This document shows positions 11,116 through 23,068 of a stretch of 43,253 nt of DNA, one piece after another. Origin of the DNA: Culicoidibacterales bacterium (lineage in GTDB: Bacteria; Bacillota_I; Bacilli_A; Culicoidibacterales; ZOR0006); contig JBOFSL010000173.1 of the NCBI GenBank assembly GCA_051651525.1, positions 1 through 43,253 of the forward strand, in the 5' to 3' direction. The position numbers and the translations under genes are program-made. The first letter of the stretch is position 1. Every line of letters starts with the position of its first letter. The notes under the pieces are model-generated. The model was not told the DNA's origin and made no database searches. It saw only the letters and a list, made by a program, of their open reading frames with translations.

Positions 11116-12492
11116 ATGCGTCAAGCTTTAGTATTAGCCGCAGGCAAAGGGACAAGAATGAAATCAAAACTCCCAAAAGTGCTTCATGAAGTACTTGGGA
11201 AATCAATGCTACAACACGTCATTGATAACTTGCGCACTGCGGATGTTCAAAGAATTATTGTAATTATTGGGCACGGTGCAGAATTAGTTGAGCAAACAGT
11301 TGAAGGTGTAGAATTTGTTTACCAATTAGAACAATTAGGAACTGGGCATGCAGTGATGCAAGCAGAAGAGTTGTTAATGAATGAATTGGGAACAACAATG
11401 ATTATTTGTGGAGATACACCATTAATTCAATCATCAACAATTGCTGCAATGTTCGAACACCATGAACAAAATCAAGCAAAAACAACTGTGTTAACAACAA
11501 CGATGGCAGAGCCAACAGGTTATGGACGAATTATTCGTGATGAACAACAACAATTATCGTATATTGTTGAGCAAAAAGATGCGAATGAAGCAGAATTAGC
11601 GGTTCAAGAAATTAACACAGGTACATATTGCTTTGATAATCAGGCATTATTTACAGCACTAGGTAAAATTGACAACCAAAATGCGCAAGGTGAATATTAT
11701 TTAACTGATGTGATTAAAATTATGCGCCAAGCAAATGAACGATTAGAAGCATACTGTATTGGTGATGATACAGAAACGTTGGGGATTAATGATCGTTTAG
11801 CATTAGCGAAAGCGACAACACTATTACGTGAACGTTTGAACACTCAACATATGATCAATGGTGTGACATTAGTTGATCCAGCGGCGACATATATTGGAAC
11901 TGATGTTGTAATTGGCTCAGATACAATTATTTATCCAGGGTGTGTATTATTAGGTCAAACAGTGATTGGTGAATCATGCATCATTGGTCCGAATACGCAA
12001 TTAACAAATGCGGTGATTGGTGACCAAACGCAAGTGACTCAGTCAGTGATGAGTGACTCAAGTGTTGGTTCAAAAGCAACAGTTGGCCCATTTGCACATT
12101 TACGCCAAGAAACAACATGTGGAGACAAAGTGCGAATTGGAAACTTTGTGGAAATGAAGAAAACAACATTTGCAAACAATGCGAAAGCATCACACTTATC
12201 ATACTTAGGTGATAGTGAAGTTGGTGAAAATGTCAATATTGGTTGTGGTGTCGTTACGGTCAATTACGATGGACATAACAAAAACAAAACAACAATTGAA
12301 GCAGATGCATTTATTGGCTGCAATGCCAATTTAATTGCACCAATTACGATTGGTAAAGGTGTCTATGTTGCTGCTGGTTCAACGGTAACAAAAGATGTGC
12401 CGGCAGATGCATTAGCAGTTGCGCGTGCACGTCAAGAAAACAAATTAGGGTACGCAAAACGTTTACGTGAGCGCTTTGCTACGAAAAAATAA
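11116..12492 (+). CDS. glmU: Bifunctional UDP-GlcNAc pyrophosphorylase/GlcN-1-P acetyltransferase
   Basis: LAAGKGTRMKS, EQLGTGHAV, GEYYLTD, hexapeptide repeats, HLSYLGD. Confidence 0.98.
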   Translation: MRQALVLAAGKGTRMKSKLPKVLHEVLGKSMLQHVIDNLRTADVQRIIVIIGHGAELVEQTVEGVEFVYQLEQLGTGHAVMQAEELLMNELGTTMIICGDTPLIQSSTIAAMFEHHEQNQAKTTVLTTTMAEPTGYGRIIRDEQQQLSYIVEQKDANEAELAVQEINTGTYCFDNQALFTALGKIDNQNAQGEYYLTDVIKIMRQANERLEAYCIGDDTETLGINDRLALAKATTLLRERLNTQHMINGVTLVDPAATYIGTDVVIGSDTIIYPGCVLLGQTVIGESCIIGPNTQLTNAVIGDQTQVTQSVMSDSSVGSKATVGPFAHLRQETTCGDKVRIGNFVEMKKTTFANNAKASHLSYLGDSEVGENVNIGCGVVTVNYDGHNKNKTTIEADAFIGCNANLIAPITIGKGVYVAAGSTVTKDVPADALAVARARQENKLGYAKRLRERFATKK

Positions 12493-12544
12493 GTTGTAAT
12501 AAATATTTGAAGAATAACGAGTGACATACGGAGGAATTTTAATT

Positions 12545-13495
12545 ATGGCGAGTAAATTACAAATTTTTAGTCTTTCAGCAAATCGTGAATTAGCAGCAGA
12601 AATTGCTAAAGCAGCAGGTGTAGAATTAGGGGAATGTAAAGTATCACATTTTGCCGATGGTGAAATTGGAATTGATATTCAAGAAACAGTACGTGGAAAT
12701 CACTGCTACATCATTCAACCAACATGTAACCCAGTAAATGAACATTTGATGGAATTACTCATTATGATTGATGCATTAAAACGTGCTTCAGCGAAAACAA
12801 TCAACGTTGTTATGCCATATTATGGTTATGCACGTCAAGATCGTAAAGCAGGTGCACGCCAACCGATCACTGCGAAACTTGTTGCGAACTTAATTCAAGC
12901 AGCAGGTGCAACACGTATATTAACAATGGACTTGCATGCAACGCAAATTCAAGGATTCTTCGATATTCCAATCGATGACTTCCGTGCAATGCCAATTATT
13001 GCTGAATATTTTGAAAATTTACACTTAGACAATATCGTTGTTGTTTCACCGGACCACGGTGGAGCGACACGTGCGCGAAAATTAGCTGAGCAATTAAATG
13101 TTCCAATGGCAATCATTGACAAACGTCGTCCAAAACCAAACGTTTCTGAAGTAATGGGAATTATTGGCGATGTGAAAGGGAAAACAGCAGTTATTATTGA
13201 TGATATGATTGATACGGCAGGAACAATCTGTAATGCAGTTGATGCATTACTTGAAAATGGTGCGGTTGAAGTGTATACATCATGTACACATGCTGTCCTT
13301 TCAGGGGCTGCTTTTGATCGTATTGAAGCAAGTCCAATGAAAGCCTTAGTAACAACGAACACAATTCCATTCCCCGAAGGAAAACAACTAGATAAAATTA
13401 TTCAATTATCAGTTGGAAACTTACTAGGAACAGCAATTCGCCACGTATATAAAGACGAACCAGTCAGCGTGCTCTTCGATATGTACAATAAATAA
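12545..13495 (+). CDS. prs: Ribose-phosphate pyrophosphokinase
   Basis: [34 protein letters not shown]. Confidence 0.98.
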   Translation: MASKLQIFSLSANRELAAEIAKAAGVELGECKVSHFADGEIGIDIQETVRGNHCYIIQPTCNPVNEHLMELLIMIDALKRASAKTINVVMPYYGYARQDRKAGARQPITAKLVANLIQAAGATRILTMDLHATQIQGFFDIPIDDFRAMPIIAEYFENLHLDNIVVVSPDHGGATRARKLAEQLNVPMAIIDKRRPKPNVSEVMGIIGDVKGKTAVIIDDMIDTAGTICNAVDALLENGAVEVYTSCTHAVLSGAAFDRIEASPMKALVTTNTIPFPEGKQLDKIIQLSVGNLLGTAIRHVYKDEPVSVLFDMYNK

Positions 13496-13591
13496 AAATA
13501 ACGAAAGGGACGCCAGTAAAAAGGCGTCTTTTTGTTATCGAGTCTGTGATATAATAAATGCACAGAGAATCACTTGAGTGGAGGAAAAAAG

Positions 13592-14155
13592 ATGAAGTTA
13601 ATTATTGGTCTGGGAAATCCAGGGAAAGAGTATGCCCAAACGCGGCATAATATCGGTTTTATGGCAGTTGATGCGCTTGCCAAAGAATGGAATATCGACA
13701 TGAATCGAGAAAAATTTAAAGGCATTTATGGAATGGGAACAGTTCAAGGTGAAAAAGTGTATTTACTGAAGCCACTCACATTCATGAACATTTCTGGAGA
13801 ATGTGTCCGCCCATTTATGGATTATTTTGGAATTGAAGATGATGAAATTATTGTCTGCTATGATGATATAGACACGGAATTAGGTCAGGTTCGTCTTCGT
13901 GGAAAAGGTGGACATGGTGGACACAATGGTGTGAAATCACTCATTCAGCATTTAGGGACAAATGTTTTTTCAAGAGTACGAATGGGTATTGGCAAGCCAC
14001 AGCAAGAATCTGTTGTAAATTATGTTCTTGGACGCTTCCGCGCCGAAGAAATTACGCTTGTTGAACAAAGTATGAAGCAGACAGTTGCAGCCAGTGATTA
14101 TAGTTTAAAACAAAGTTTTGAAAATGTGATGAATCGTTTTAACGGTTCGATTTAA
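13592..14155 (+). CDS. pth: Peptidyl-tRNA hydrolase
   Basis: LIIGLGNPGKEYAQTRHNIGF, KPLTFMNISG, GGHGGHNG. Confidence 0.98.
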   Translation: MKLIIGLGNPGKEYAQTRHNIGFMAVDALAKEWNIDMNREKFKGIYGMGTVQGEKVYLLKPLTFMNISGECVRPFMDYFGIEDDEIIVCYDDIDTELGQVRLRGKGGHGGHNGVKSLIQHLGTNVFSRVRMGIGKPQQESVVNYVLGRFRAEEITLVEQSMKQTVAASDYSLKQSFENVMNRFNGSI

Positions 14156-14172
14156 TAGAGGGGAGTAAATCC

Positions 14173-17100
14173 ATGCCGCAATTGACAGAGTTTTTAGCCC
14201 AGAAATTTAATTTGAAATCGCTGTGCATACCACAACAACGGTTTTTTGGCGCATATCCGTTAACACAACATGTGATTATTGAAACATATGCGCAACATCA
14301 ACCGGTTGTGATTGTTGCACCAACCCAATATCAAGCTCAAAAAATTTATGAGCGTTTTGAGGGAAGGCACGCCTATTTATTTGCGGCAGATGAGTTTATC
14401 ACGGCACAAGTTATGGCAGCGAGTAAAGATTTACTCGTTCAAAGATTATTGACGTTACAATCAATTCAAAAGGCAACTCGGCCAATTGTGGTGACGCATA
14501 CCTCAGGAATATGTAAACCAATCCTTGCTCAAAGCGAATGGCAAGAAGTAACTTACGGATTAGCGATCGGTCAAACATATGATTTCCAAGGCTTTTTAAG
14601 GAGATTAGTCACACTTGGCTATACACGTGAAAGTTTAGTTGAAGAAATCGGGACATTTTCAGTTCGTGGTGGAATTGTGGATATTTTCCCAATTCATGAA
14701 GAGTATCCATTGAGAATTGAATTTTTTGATGATGAAATTGAAAGTATCCGACAATTTGATACGCAAACGCAACGTACAGTGACGATAGTAGAAACGTGTG
14801 AGATTATCCCCGCAACTGAAATCGGGACAACACAAGGAACGATTCTCGATTATCTCGACAATCCTCAAATTATTATTATTGATGAAACAAAAGTTCGGGC
14901 AAATTATGAGCATATGCTCGAAGATGCCAAAAATTTAGTTGAACAAGCAGTTGAAATCGACCAACTTTTCGTCGAATTAGATGCTCAAATTGGGACAACG
15001 TATACAAGCATCACAACAGACGGCTTATACAAAGCGGATGGAATCGACTTAGGCAGCCGTGAATTAGAATATGTTGAAGTGATGAATCGCGATGATTTTG
15101 AATTGACGCTCGATACGTGGCTTGCCCAAGATTACACGGTAGTCGTTACGGTTGGTGATAAAAGTGAACGTCACCAATTTGATCACTTACACTATCACTA
15201 TGCAACGAAAAATGAACCATTACAGTTAGCGAAACTTAACGTCATTGTGACGGACAATGAATCGAGTGAAGAATATCCACAACATAAAATTGTCGTTTTA
15301 AGTGAGCAGCATATTAGTCGAAAAATGCATAAACGGCGCTTACGCAATCGCGATGCGTGTATGCGCAAAGCCCAACATTTACATTCACTTGATGATATTC
15401 ACCAAGGTGATTACGTTGTCCATGAACAACACGGGATTGGACGATATATAGGAATCGAAACCTTAACGAGTCAAGGTGGAACGCAAGACTACTTATATAT
15501 TGAATATCAACAAAATGGAAAATTGTATATTCCAGTTGATAAGATTCATTACATTCAAAAATATGTTGGGGGTGAAGGTCACACCCCTAAATTACACAAA
15601 TTAGGTGGAACCGACTTTGCGAAAGCAAAGAAAAAGGTTGAAAAAAATGTTGAAGCAATCGCTGAAAATTTAATCACGCTTTATGCGCAACGAGAAAGTC
15701 GACCTGGCTATGCTTTTTCACCAGACACAGATCAACAAATGGACTTTGAACAAATGTTCCCGTACGTTGAAACCGCAGATCAATTGCGTGCAACCCAAGA
15801 AATTAAAGCTGATATGGAATTAGCGAGACCGATGGATCGTTTACTATGTGGTGATGTTGGTTTTGGGAAAACAGAAGTTGCCTTCCGAGCAGTATTTAAA
15901 GCGATGATTGAAGGAAAACAAGTGGTTATGCTGGCACCAACAACAATTTTAGCGAAACAACATTACGAAAGTGCCTGTGAACGTTTTAAAGACACACCAT
16001 TCACAATCGCGATGATGAGTCGTTTTGTTATGCCGAAGCAACAAGAAAAAAATCGTCAATTACTCGCGAATGGTGGCTGTGACTTTGTGATTGGAACCCA
16101 TCGTTTGTTGAGTCAAGATATTCAGTTTCGTGATTTAGGCTTAATGATTATCGATGAAGAACATCGCTTTGGTGTAACGGATAAGGAACGATTAAAACAA
16201 TTCCGAGCGAATGTTGATGCCCTTTCTTTATCAGCAACACCAATTCCAAGAACATTACAAATGTCACTTAGCGGTGTTCGAGAGATGTCATTATTAGAAA
16301 CAGCACCACGGAATCGTTATCCGGTGCAAACGTATGTTTTAGAGGAACATGATTCCATTGTTCGTGATGCAATTGAACGAGAACTAGCCCGTAAAGGCCA
16401 AGTCTTCTATTTGTACAACCGTGTGAAGACGATTGAGCAACGGATGACTCGCATTCAGAAGTTGGTACCGGAAGCACGCATTGTCTATGCGCATGGGCAA
16501 ATGAGCCGTGAACAACTCGAACAAATTATGAATGATTTTATTGCTAGAAAATATGATGTCCTCGTGAGTACAACGATTATTGAAACCGGAATTGATATTC
16601 CTAATGCAAATACGTTATTAATCAGTGATGCCGATAAAATGGGCTTAGCACAGTTGTACCAATTACGTGGTCGTGTTGGACGGAGTGATAAAATTGCATA
16701 TGCGTATTTAATGTATCCACGCAAAAAGATTTTAACGGAAGTTGCGGATAAACGGTTGCATACGATTAAAGAATTTACCGAACTCGGTAGTGGCTTTAAA
16801 ATTGCGATGCGTGATTTAGCGATTCGCGGAGCTGGTGATATGCTCGGTGCAAGTCAAAGTGGATTTGTTGATACTGTCGGATTTGAGATGTATAATCAAC
16901 TTCTCCGTCAAGCAATTGAGAAAAAAGGATTAACCCTTTCAAGTCCACTTTATGCTGAGCAAAAACAAGAAGCAAAAGCATACTTAAATAGCCTAATTGA
17001 TTTACAATTAGGTTTAGATGCGTATATTCCGCAAACATATATTGATGATGAAGCGTTGAAAATTGAAATGTATCAGCGTTTGAGTGAAATCAAAACGGAA

Positions 17101-17451
17101 GCTGATTTTAGCGCTGTTCGTGAAGAGTTAGAAGATCGCTTTGGGAAATACCCAATTGTGGTTGAGCACTTGATGTATCAATTTTTATTACGTAATCAAG
17201 CATTGAGAGTTGGTGTTGATATTATTCGTCAACAACGAAATAAAATCACGGTCCGTTTCGGAGCTGCAGCAAGTCAACAGTACACAGGTCAGCAAGTTTC
17301 AAAACTGTTACAACCGTTTAAACGCCAAGTGATTTTGGAAATGCCACAAGGACGACTGCAATTAACTGCGTCAGTGAACACAACACCTATACTTGAGATT
17401 ATCGCAATTTTCTTGACGATTTTGCAACAAATAGAAAAATTAGAGGAGTAA
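14173..17451 (+). CDS. mfd: Transcription-repair coupling factor
   Basis: UvrB-like FSVRGGIVDIFP, RID VVHEQHGIGRY, CGDVGFGKTEVA, DEEH, QLRGRVGR, TRCF C-terminus. Confidence 0.98.
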   Translation: MPQLTEFLAQKFNLKSLCIPQQRFFGAYPLTQHVIIETYAQHQPVVIVAPTQYQAQKIYERFEGRHAYLFAADEFITAQVMAASKDLLVQRLLTLQSIQKATRPIVVTHTSGICKPILAQSEWQEVTYGLAIGQTYDFQGFLRRLVTLGYTRESLVEEIGTFSVRGGIVDIFPIHEEYPLRIEFFDDEIESIRQFDTQTQRTVTIVETCEIIPATEIGTTQGTILDYLDNPQIIIIDETKVRANYEHMLEDAKNLVEQAVEIDQLFVELDAQIGTTYTSITTDGLYKADGIDLGSRELEYVEVMNRDDFELTLDTWLAQDYTVVVTVGDKSERHQFDHLHYHYATKNEPLQLAKLNVIVTDNESSEEYPQHKIVVLSEQHISRKMHKRRLRNRDACMRKAQHLHSLDDIHQGDYVVHEQHGIGRYIGIETLTSQGGTQDYLYIEYQQNGKLYIPVDKIHYIQKYVGGEGHTPKLHKLGGTDFAKAKKKVEKNVEAIAENLITLYAQRESRPGYAFSPDTDQQMDFEQMFPYVETADQLRATQEIKADMELARPMDRLLCGDVGFGKTEVAFRAVFKAMIEGKQVVMLAPTTILAKQHYESACERFKDTPFTIAMMSRFVMPKQQEKNRQLLANGGCDFVIGTHRLLSQDIQFRDLGLMIIDEEHRFGVTDKERLKQFRANVDALSLSATPIPRTLQMSLSGVREMSLLETAPRNRYPVQTYVLEEHDSIVRDAIERELARKGQVFYLYNRVKTIEQRMTRIQKLVPEARIVYAHGQMSREQLEQIMNDFIARKYDVLVSTTIIETGIDIPNANTLLISDADKMGLAQLYQLRGRVGRSDKIAYAYLMYPRKKILTEVADKRLHTIKEFTELGSGFKIAMRDLAIRGAGDMLGASQSGFVDTVGFEMYNQLLRQAIEKKGLTLSSPLYAEQKQEAKAYLNSLIDLQLGLDAYIPQTYIDDEALKIEMYQRLSEIKTEADFSAVREELEDRFGKYPIVVEHLMYQFLLRNQALRVGVDIIRQQRNKITVRFGAAASQQYTGQQVSKLLQPFKRQVILEMPQGRLQLTASVNTTPILEIIAIFLTILQQIEKLEE

Positions 17452-17455
17452 TCAA

Positions 17456-18112
17456 ATGATTTATGTAGTCGGTTTAGGCCCAGGAGAGTATGGACAATTA
17501 CCAATTGGAGTAATTGATTATTTATTAGGTGATTTACCAGTATATTTACGTACGGATCAACATCCAGTTATCAAAACCTTAGTTGAACAAGGGATGAATT
17601 ACCAAAGCTTTGACCATGTTTACGAAAAACATACGGATTTTTTAGCAGTATACGAAGAAATTACGGCAACGATTTTAGAATTAGCGAAAACAACGGACTT
17701 AGTGTACGCAACACCAGGGCATCCATTATTAGCGGAGCTAGCTGTCCAATTATTACTTGAAAGCGCCGAAGATATTCAAATCGTTGGTGGGCAAAGTTTC
17801 TTAGATCCAATGTTTGCGGCGTTACAATTTGATCCAATTGAAGGCTTCCAATTATTTGATGCACTCGGTTTTGATATTGAATTGTATCAACCACGTTGTC
17901 ACACGATTATTGCGCAAGTGTTTGATCAATTTGTTGCTTCAAACTTGAAACTTGATTTGATGGAAAAATTAGCAGATGAAGTCCGAGTTACTTTAGTCAG
18001 TGGGGCTGGCACAAAAAACCAACAAAAACGCGAAGTTCATTTATATGAGCTTGACCATGAATTTGATGGTGTCGATAATTTGATGAGTATTTATATTCCT
18101 GCACAAAAATAA
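17456..18112 (+). CDS. YabN N-terminal tetrapyrrole-methylase-like protein without MazG domain
   Basis: IYVVGLGPG, YLRTDQHP, YATPGHP, GQSFLD, DPIEGFQ; yabN position after mfd. Confidence 0.85.
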   Translation: MIYVVGLGPGEYGQLPIGVIDYLLGDLPVYLRTDQHPVIKTLVEQGMNYQSFDHVYEKHTDFLAVYEEITATILELAKTTDLVYATPGHPLLAELAVQLLLESAEDIQIVGGQSFLDPMFAALQFDPIEGFQLFDALGFDIELYQPRCHTIIAQVFDQFVASNLKLDLMEKLADEVRVTLVSGAGTKNQQKREVHLYELDHEFDGVDNLMSIYIPAQK

Positions 18113-18223
18113 AAAATGACCGCACATCAAAACTGGTAACAGGAAAAAACGTGCGGTTTTTGCTAAAAATCATGATAAAATAAAAAGTAATCAAGAAAAT
18201 TTTTGATGTGAAAGGTGAACACA

Positions 18224-18514
18224 ATGAGATTAGATAAATATTTAAAAGTATCACGTTTAGTAAAAAGACGGCCGTTAGCAAAACAATTATGTGATGCGAA
18301 ACGCGTCAGTATTAATGGAAAAATTGTCAAACCAGGAGTAGTTGTGAAGGTCGATGATGTTATTGAAATTCGCTATGGAAATCGTTTAGTTGAAGCAAAA
18401 GTCATGATTTTAAAAGACCATGTCAAAAAAGAAGATGCAACGACACTATATGAATTAATTCGCACAGAACGGATCGAACAAATTGAACAGGAATTTGTTG
18501 ATGATGTTGAATAG
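18224..18514 (+). CDS. yabO: S4-domain RNA-binding protein YabO/RqcP (Hsp15-like)
   Basis: MRLDKYLKVSRLVKRR...RVSING. Confidence 0.92.
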   Translation: MRLDKYLKVSRLVKRRPLAKQLCDAKRVSINGKIVKPGVVVKVDDVIEIRYGNRLVEAKVMILKDHVKKEDATTLYELIRTERIEQIEQEFVDDVE

Positions 18515-18929
18515 TTCGAAACAACGCCAACAAAAAAATGCGACTAAACGGAGAAAAATGAAAAAACAGGCAAATCGCCAAATCGTTGTTGGACTGGTTG
18601 CTGTAGTGACTTTTGTTTTTTGTACAGTCGCAGCTTTGCCAAAACTCATGGATTATATACAAAGTCAACAAATATATAATCAAATGCAAAAGGATTATGA
18701 ACTTGCACTCAATGAGCAAGCGGCATTAGAAATTGAATTAAAAAAAGCTGAAAATCCAAGTTATATTCAACAATATGCTCGTGAGAAGTATTTTTTGAGT
18801 AATCCAGGGGAAGTATTGCTTGTTTTACCAGATCCACCCAAACAACCCGAAATCGAAAATGACGGAACTTTTTTAGATAAACTATTCCGATTATTTGGTG
18901 ATAATCAAGATAAGTCTGAGGAACAATGA
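18501..18929 (+). CDS. divIC: Septum formation initiator DivIC/FtsB
   Basis: Basic N-terminus, one TM helix, coiled coil, YIQQYAREKYFLSNPGE; synteny; start codon uncertain. Confidence 0.85.
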   Translation: MMLNSSKQRQQKNATKRRKMKKQANRQIVVGLVAVVTFVFCTVAALPKLMDYIQSQQIYNQMQKDYELALNEQAALEIELKKAENPSYIQQYAREKYFLSNPGEVLLVLPDPPKQPEIENDGTFLDKLFRLFGDNQDKSEEQ

Positions 18930-20236
18930 TGGAACATGTTGCAAAATCACAACCAATTCTAGTTGGAGTTTCAGGTGGGGCTGATTCAATGGCACTTTGG
19001 CACTGGTTAGTGAGCCAAGGCTACGAGGTGATTGCTTGTTATATTCACCATCACCAACGGCCTGAAGAAAATCAGCAAGAAATCAAACTAATTCAAGCTT
19101 TTGGAACAAAAGTTGGCAGCAAAGTTGAGATTCAAGAAATTTCACCGATGTTGCTCGAATCATATAGCGGAAATTTTCAAAATTTCGCGCGCGAGCAGCG
19201 GTATCAGATTTGGCAAAAGCTATTACTAGAACACAAACTCCGATACTTAGCGTTGGCACACCATAACGATGATTTGTTAGAAACAGTTTTGATGCGATTG
19301 GTCCGAGGGACATCACCCCAAGGGCTCATTCCGTTTCAAGCATCGGATCAACGAAAAAATTATGTACTATTACGTCCTTTTTATGCATGGACAAAAGTTG
19401 AGATTTATCACTATTGCCAACAGCAAGGCGTGCCGTTTTGTGAAGATAGCTCAAATCAAAAAGATGTCTATTTACGCAATCGCTATCGCCATCAGGTGAT
19501 TCCTTTATTGGAAAGAGAAAATCCAACGGTAGCGAAGCAAGTTCGTCAATTTATTGACCAGTTACAACAAGTTGATGACTATCTGATGCAGGAAGCAGAA
19601 AAAATTGCTAAAGAAATCACGAAACAGCATAAAAAATACCTGATAGTGTCTATAAATCTACTTAAAAACAAACCTATTGCTTTACAAAGTGCAGTGTTTA
19701 AAATAATATTAAGATATGTCTATTCTCACGAAAATTATTTTCTGAGTGAGACAGTCTTCAATCGTCTATTCGAAATGAGTGAAAGAACGACGGGAAGCGA
19801 GCAATTTATTTGGCAACAGCATATTTTTGAAAGAAATTATGAACTGTTGTATATTTATCGTTCGGAGGATTACTTGGATGCTCCAGATTCGTTGCGGTTA
19901 AACGAATTAGCCCAACATTTTGGTGACTATCAAGTTTTCACAATCCCAACTGTTTCTGAAAACACGAAAGCAAATTTAATTTATCCAAGTGAATGGCAAT
20001 CCGAACTCATTGTTCGTAGTGTGATTTCGGGAGATAAAATTATGTTGGCAGATGGCAAGCATAAAAAAATTGCACGAATGTTTATTGATGCAAAAATACC
20101 ACGATTTTTGCGTTCGAGTTGGCCAATTGTCGAGTACAATGGTCAAATTATTTGGATTTATGGTATCTGGCAAGCACAAATGCAGCAATATCAGGAACAA
20201 AAAATGGCAACTTTAACTATCAAGGAGGAAAAGTAG
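18926..20236 (+). CDS. tilS: tRNA(Ile)-lysidine synthetase
   Basis: PP-loop [37 protein letters not shown]. Confidence 0.96.
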   Translation: MMEHVAKSQPILVGVSGGADSMALWHWLVSQGYEVIACYIHHHQRPEENQQEIKLIQAFGTKVGSKVEIQEISPMLLESYSGNFQNFAREQRYQIWQKLLLEHKLRYLALAHHNDDLLETVLMRLVRGTSPQGLIPFQASDQRKNYVLLRPFYAWTKVEIYHYCQQQGVPFCEDSSNQKDVYLRNRYRHQVIPLLERENPTVAKQVRQFIDQLQQVDDYLMQEAEKIAKEITKQHKKYLIVSINLLKNKPIALQSAVFKIILRYVYSHENYFLSETVFNRLFEMSERTTGSEQFIWQQHIFERNYELLYIYRSEDYLDAPDSLRLNELAQHFGDYQVFTIPTVSENTKANLIYPSEWQSELIVRSVISGDKIMLADGKHKKIARMFIDAKIPRFLRSSWPIVEYNGQIIWIYGIWQAQMQQYQEQKMATLTIKEEK

Positions 20237-20237
20237 T

Positions 20238-20783
20238 ATGATGAAAGATATTGAGAAAGTATTAATTACCCACGAAGAAATTGAAAGTAAGGCTCAAGAA
20301 ATGGGTGTGCAAATTACGAAAGATTTTAAGGTGAACAATGATCAACCACTACTTGTTGTTGGTTTATTGAAAGGTTCAGTACCATTTATGAGTGAATTGA
20401 TGAAAAGCATTGATTTAATGTTGGAAATTGATTTTATGGATGTTTCAAGTTACCACGGGGGGACACAATCAACAAATGATGTGCGAATTTTACGCGATTT
20501 AGAAACATCAGTTACTGGTCGTGATGTACTTATTATTGAAGATATCGTTGATACTGGTCAAACCTTGAAAAAAGTTGTTGGTATGCTTCAATCACGCGGA
20601 GCGAAAAGCGTTCGTGTAGCGAGTTTATTAGACAAACCTGAAGGGCGTAAAGTCGTACTTGATGCGGATTATGTTGGATTCACAATACCTAATGAATTTG
20701 TTGTTGGTTACGGATTAGACTATAACGAAGTGTACCGTAATTTACCATTTATTGGTGTATTAAAGTCTGAAGTTTACGCATAA
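20238..20783 (+). CDS. hpt: Hypoxanthine phosphoribosyltransferase
   Basis: [31 protein letters not shown]. Confidence 0.98.
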   Translation: MMKDIEKVLITHEEIESKAQEMGVQITKDFKVNNDQPLLVVGLLKGSVPFMSELMKSIDLMLEIDFMDVSSYHGGTQSTNDVRILRDLETSVTGRDVLIIEDIVDTGQTLKKVVGMLQSRGAKSVRVASLLDKPEGRKVVLDADYVGFTIPNEFVVGYGLDYNEVYRNLPFIGVLKSEVYA

Positions 20784-20813
20784 TTAAAAAAATAAAAAAA
20801 GCGAGGTGGAAAT

Positions 20814-22844
20814 ATGGCTGTACAACCCAAAAATACTCAACCGGATAAAAAGAAATCACCACTTAGTGGCTTTCAAATGTTCACAGTGTGGATCTTTGTC
20901 TTAATGGCATTATTTGGAATCTTTTTAATCTTCCGTGACTCAGGTTCAATGATTACGGAAACAAATTATACAACCTTTGTCCAAGAATTAACGGAAAAAG
21001 AAATTGAAACGTTGAATTTTGAACCAATATCAGGAGATGCATATTCAATTACGTATACAAAACGTGCTGATGCTGCAAATGAAACAACTGAGCTCAAACC
21101 AAGATATACGGTAACAGTTCCATATTCACAAGAAGTTGTTAAATTAATTAACGATAACTTGACAAATATTGAAGTCGTATATTCACCATTGCAAACACCA
21201 GGACCGCTCATCTCGGGACTTTTAACATTCCTTCCATTCTTATTACTAGCTGGAATTATGTTTGTCTTTATGAACCGTGCAGCAGGAGCAAATGGGAAAG
21301 CAATGGAGTTTGGTAAGAGCCGAGCGAAATTACAACAAGGAAGTACTGTAAAATACCGCGATGTTGCCGGATATGAAGAAGAAAAGCAAGAACTGATTGA
21401 AGTTGTTGATTTCTTGAAACATCCACAACGTTACCGTGATATGGGTGCGCGTATTCCAAAAGGAATGCTACTTGTTGGTCCTCCAGGAACAGTGAAAACA
21501 TTATTAGCACGAGCAACAGCTGGGGAAGCTGGGGTACCGTTCTACACAATTAGCGGTTCTGATTTCCTTGAAATGTTCGTTGGTGTTGGAGCAAGTCGCG
21601 TACGTGATATGTTTAACGAAGCGAAAAAACAAGCACCAGCCATCATTTTCATTGATGAAATTGATGCAGTTGGACGTCAACGTGGAGCCGGAGTTGGTGG
21701 TGGACACGATGAACGTGAACAAACGCTAAACCAGTTACTTGTTGAAATGGACGGATTTGATCCTCACGCGGGAATTGTGATTATGGCAGCAACGAACCGT
21801 CCTGATGTTCTTGATCCAGCCTTGTTACGCCCAGGTCGTTTTGATCGTCAAATTACAGTTAACGTCCCTGATGTTCATGGTCGTGAGAAAGTTTTAGCTG
21901 TCCATGCCGAGAATAAACATTTAGCACCAGACGTTGACCTAAAAGCAATCGCGAAACGGACACCAGGATTTAGTGGAGCTGATTTAGAAAACTTATTGAA
22001 TGAATCAGCTTTATTAGCCGTTCGTGAAAACCGTCGTTTTATCACAATGCGTGATATCGACGAGGCAACGGATCGTGTTATTGCTGGTCCAGCGAAAAAG
22101 AGTCGTAAATATTCAGAAGCTGAACGTCGTTTAGTTGCTTTCCATGAAGCAGGACATGCTGTCATTGGATTAACACTTGATGATGCTTCAATTGTTCAAA
22201 AAGTGACAATTATCCCACGCGGACAAGCTGGTGGATATAACTTAATGATTCCAAAAGAAGAACGCTTCTTTGCTCGCAAAGGAGAATTACTTGATCAAAT
22301 TATTGGGTTCCTTGGTGGGCGTGTTGCTGAAGAATTAACATTCGGTGATGTCTCAACGGGAGCACATAATGACTTTGAACGTTCAACAGCAATTGCACGT
22401 TCAATGGTTACGGAATACGGAATGAGTAGCCTTGGGCCAATTCAATATGAACGTCGTGGAGGATCAGTCTTCTTAGGTCGTGATTATGGAAAAGAGCAAA
22501 ACTTCTCTGATCAAGTAGCACTTGATATTGATATGGAAGTTCGCAAAATTATTGACGAGTGCTATGCTCGAACACGCCAAATTTTGACAGAACAAAAAGA
22601 ATTGTTGACGAATATTGCCGAAGCATTACTTGATGAAGAAACATTAACGTACGAACAAATCTTACATATTAAAGAGCACGGTGTTTTACCACCAGCTTCA
22701 GAATACAATACACAATTAACTGATGATCAAATTGAAGCGAAAATCGCTGAAATTAATGCAACACCAGATGGCCCAATGCCAGATGAAGCAGTAGCATTAG
22801 TTGAACAACCAGTTGAAGTTGATTTAACAAAAAAATTAGAATAA
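20814..22844 (+). CDS. ftsH: ATP-dependent zinc metalloprotease FtsH (Walker A reads GPPGTVKT)
   Basis: Two TM helices, FVG pore loop, IIFIDE, RPGRFDR, HEAGH. Confidence 0.97.
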   Translation: MAVQPKNTQPDKKKSPLSGFQMFTVWIFVLMALFGIFLIFRDSGSMITETNYTTFVQELTEKEIETLNFEPISGDAYSITYTKRADAANETTELKPRYTVTVPYSQEVVKLINDNLTNIEVVYSPLQTPGPLISGLLTFLPFLLLAGIMFVFMNRAAGANGKAMEFGKSRAKLQQGSTVKYRDVAGYEEEKQELIEVVDFLKHPQRYRDMGARIPKGMLLVGPPGTVKTLLARATAGEAGVPFYTISGSDFLEMFVGVGASRVRDMFNEAKKQAPAIIFIDEIDAVGRQRGAGVGGGHDEREQTLNQLLVEMDGFDPHAGIVIMAATNRPDVLDPALLRPGRFDRQITVNVPDVHGREKVLAVHAENKHLAPDVDLKAIAKRTPGFSGADLENLLNESALLAVRENRRFITMRDIDEATDRVIAGPAKKSRKYSEAERRLVAFHEAGHAVIGLTLDDASIVQKVTIIPRGQAGGYNLMIPKEERFFARKGELLDQIIGFLGGRVAEELTFGDVSTGAHNDFERSTAIARSMVTEYGMSSLGPIQYERRGGSVFLGRDYGKEQNFSDQVALDIDMEVRKIIDECYARTRQILTEQKELLTNIAEALLDEETLTYEQILHIKEHGVLPPASEYNTQLTDDQIEAKIAEINATPDGPMPDEAVALVEQPVEVDLTKKLE

Positions 22845-22890
22845 ACAAACAAAAAGAGTAGCATCAAAGGATGCTGCTCTTTTTGTTTGT
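22845..22890 (+). terminator. Intrinsic terminator after ftsH
   Basis: ACAAACAAAAAGAGTAGCATC-AAAG-GATGCTGCTCTTTTTGTTTGT. Confidence 0.85.
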
Positions 22891-22924
22891 GATTAGCAAA
22901 TAAGTTTGCTATACTATAGTTAGG

Positions 22925-23007
22925 AAACAGGGGTGCTCAATTGAGCTGAGAGGAATTTAGTCTAACCCTTTGAACCTGATTCTGGGTAATACCAGCGTAG
23001 GGAGTTT
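22925..23007 (+). promoter_or_regulatory. TPP riboswitch
   Basis: GGGGTGC...GCTGAGA...ACCC...GAACCTGAT...GGTAATACCAGCGTAGGGAG consensus; upstream TGnTATACT promoter; downstream AAACTTCTC/GAGGAGGTTT hairpin covers the SD. Confidence 0.96.
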
Positions 23008-23068
23008 GCGGATGGTTTTTTATCATGCGTCTAAACTTCTCGAACAATTTTGAGGAGGTTTTTTTATT

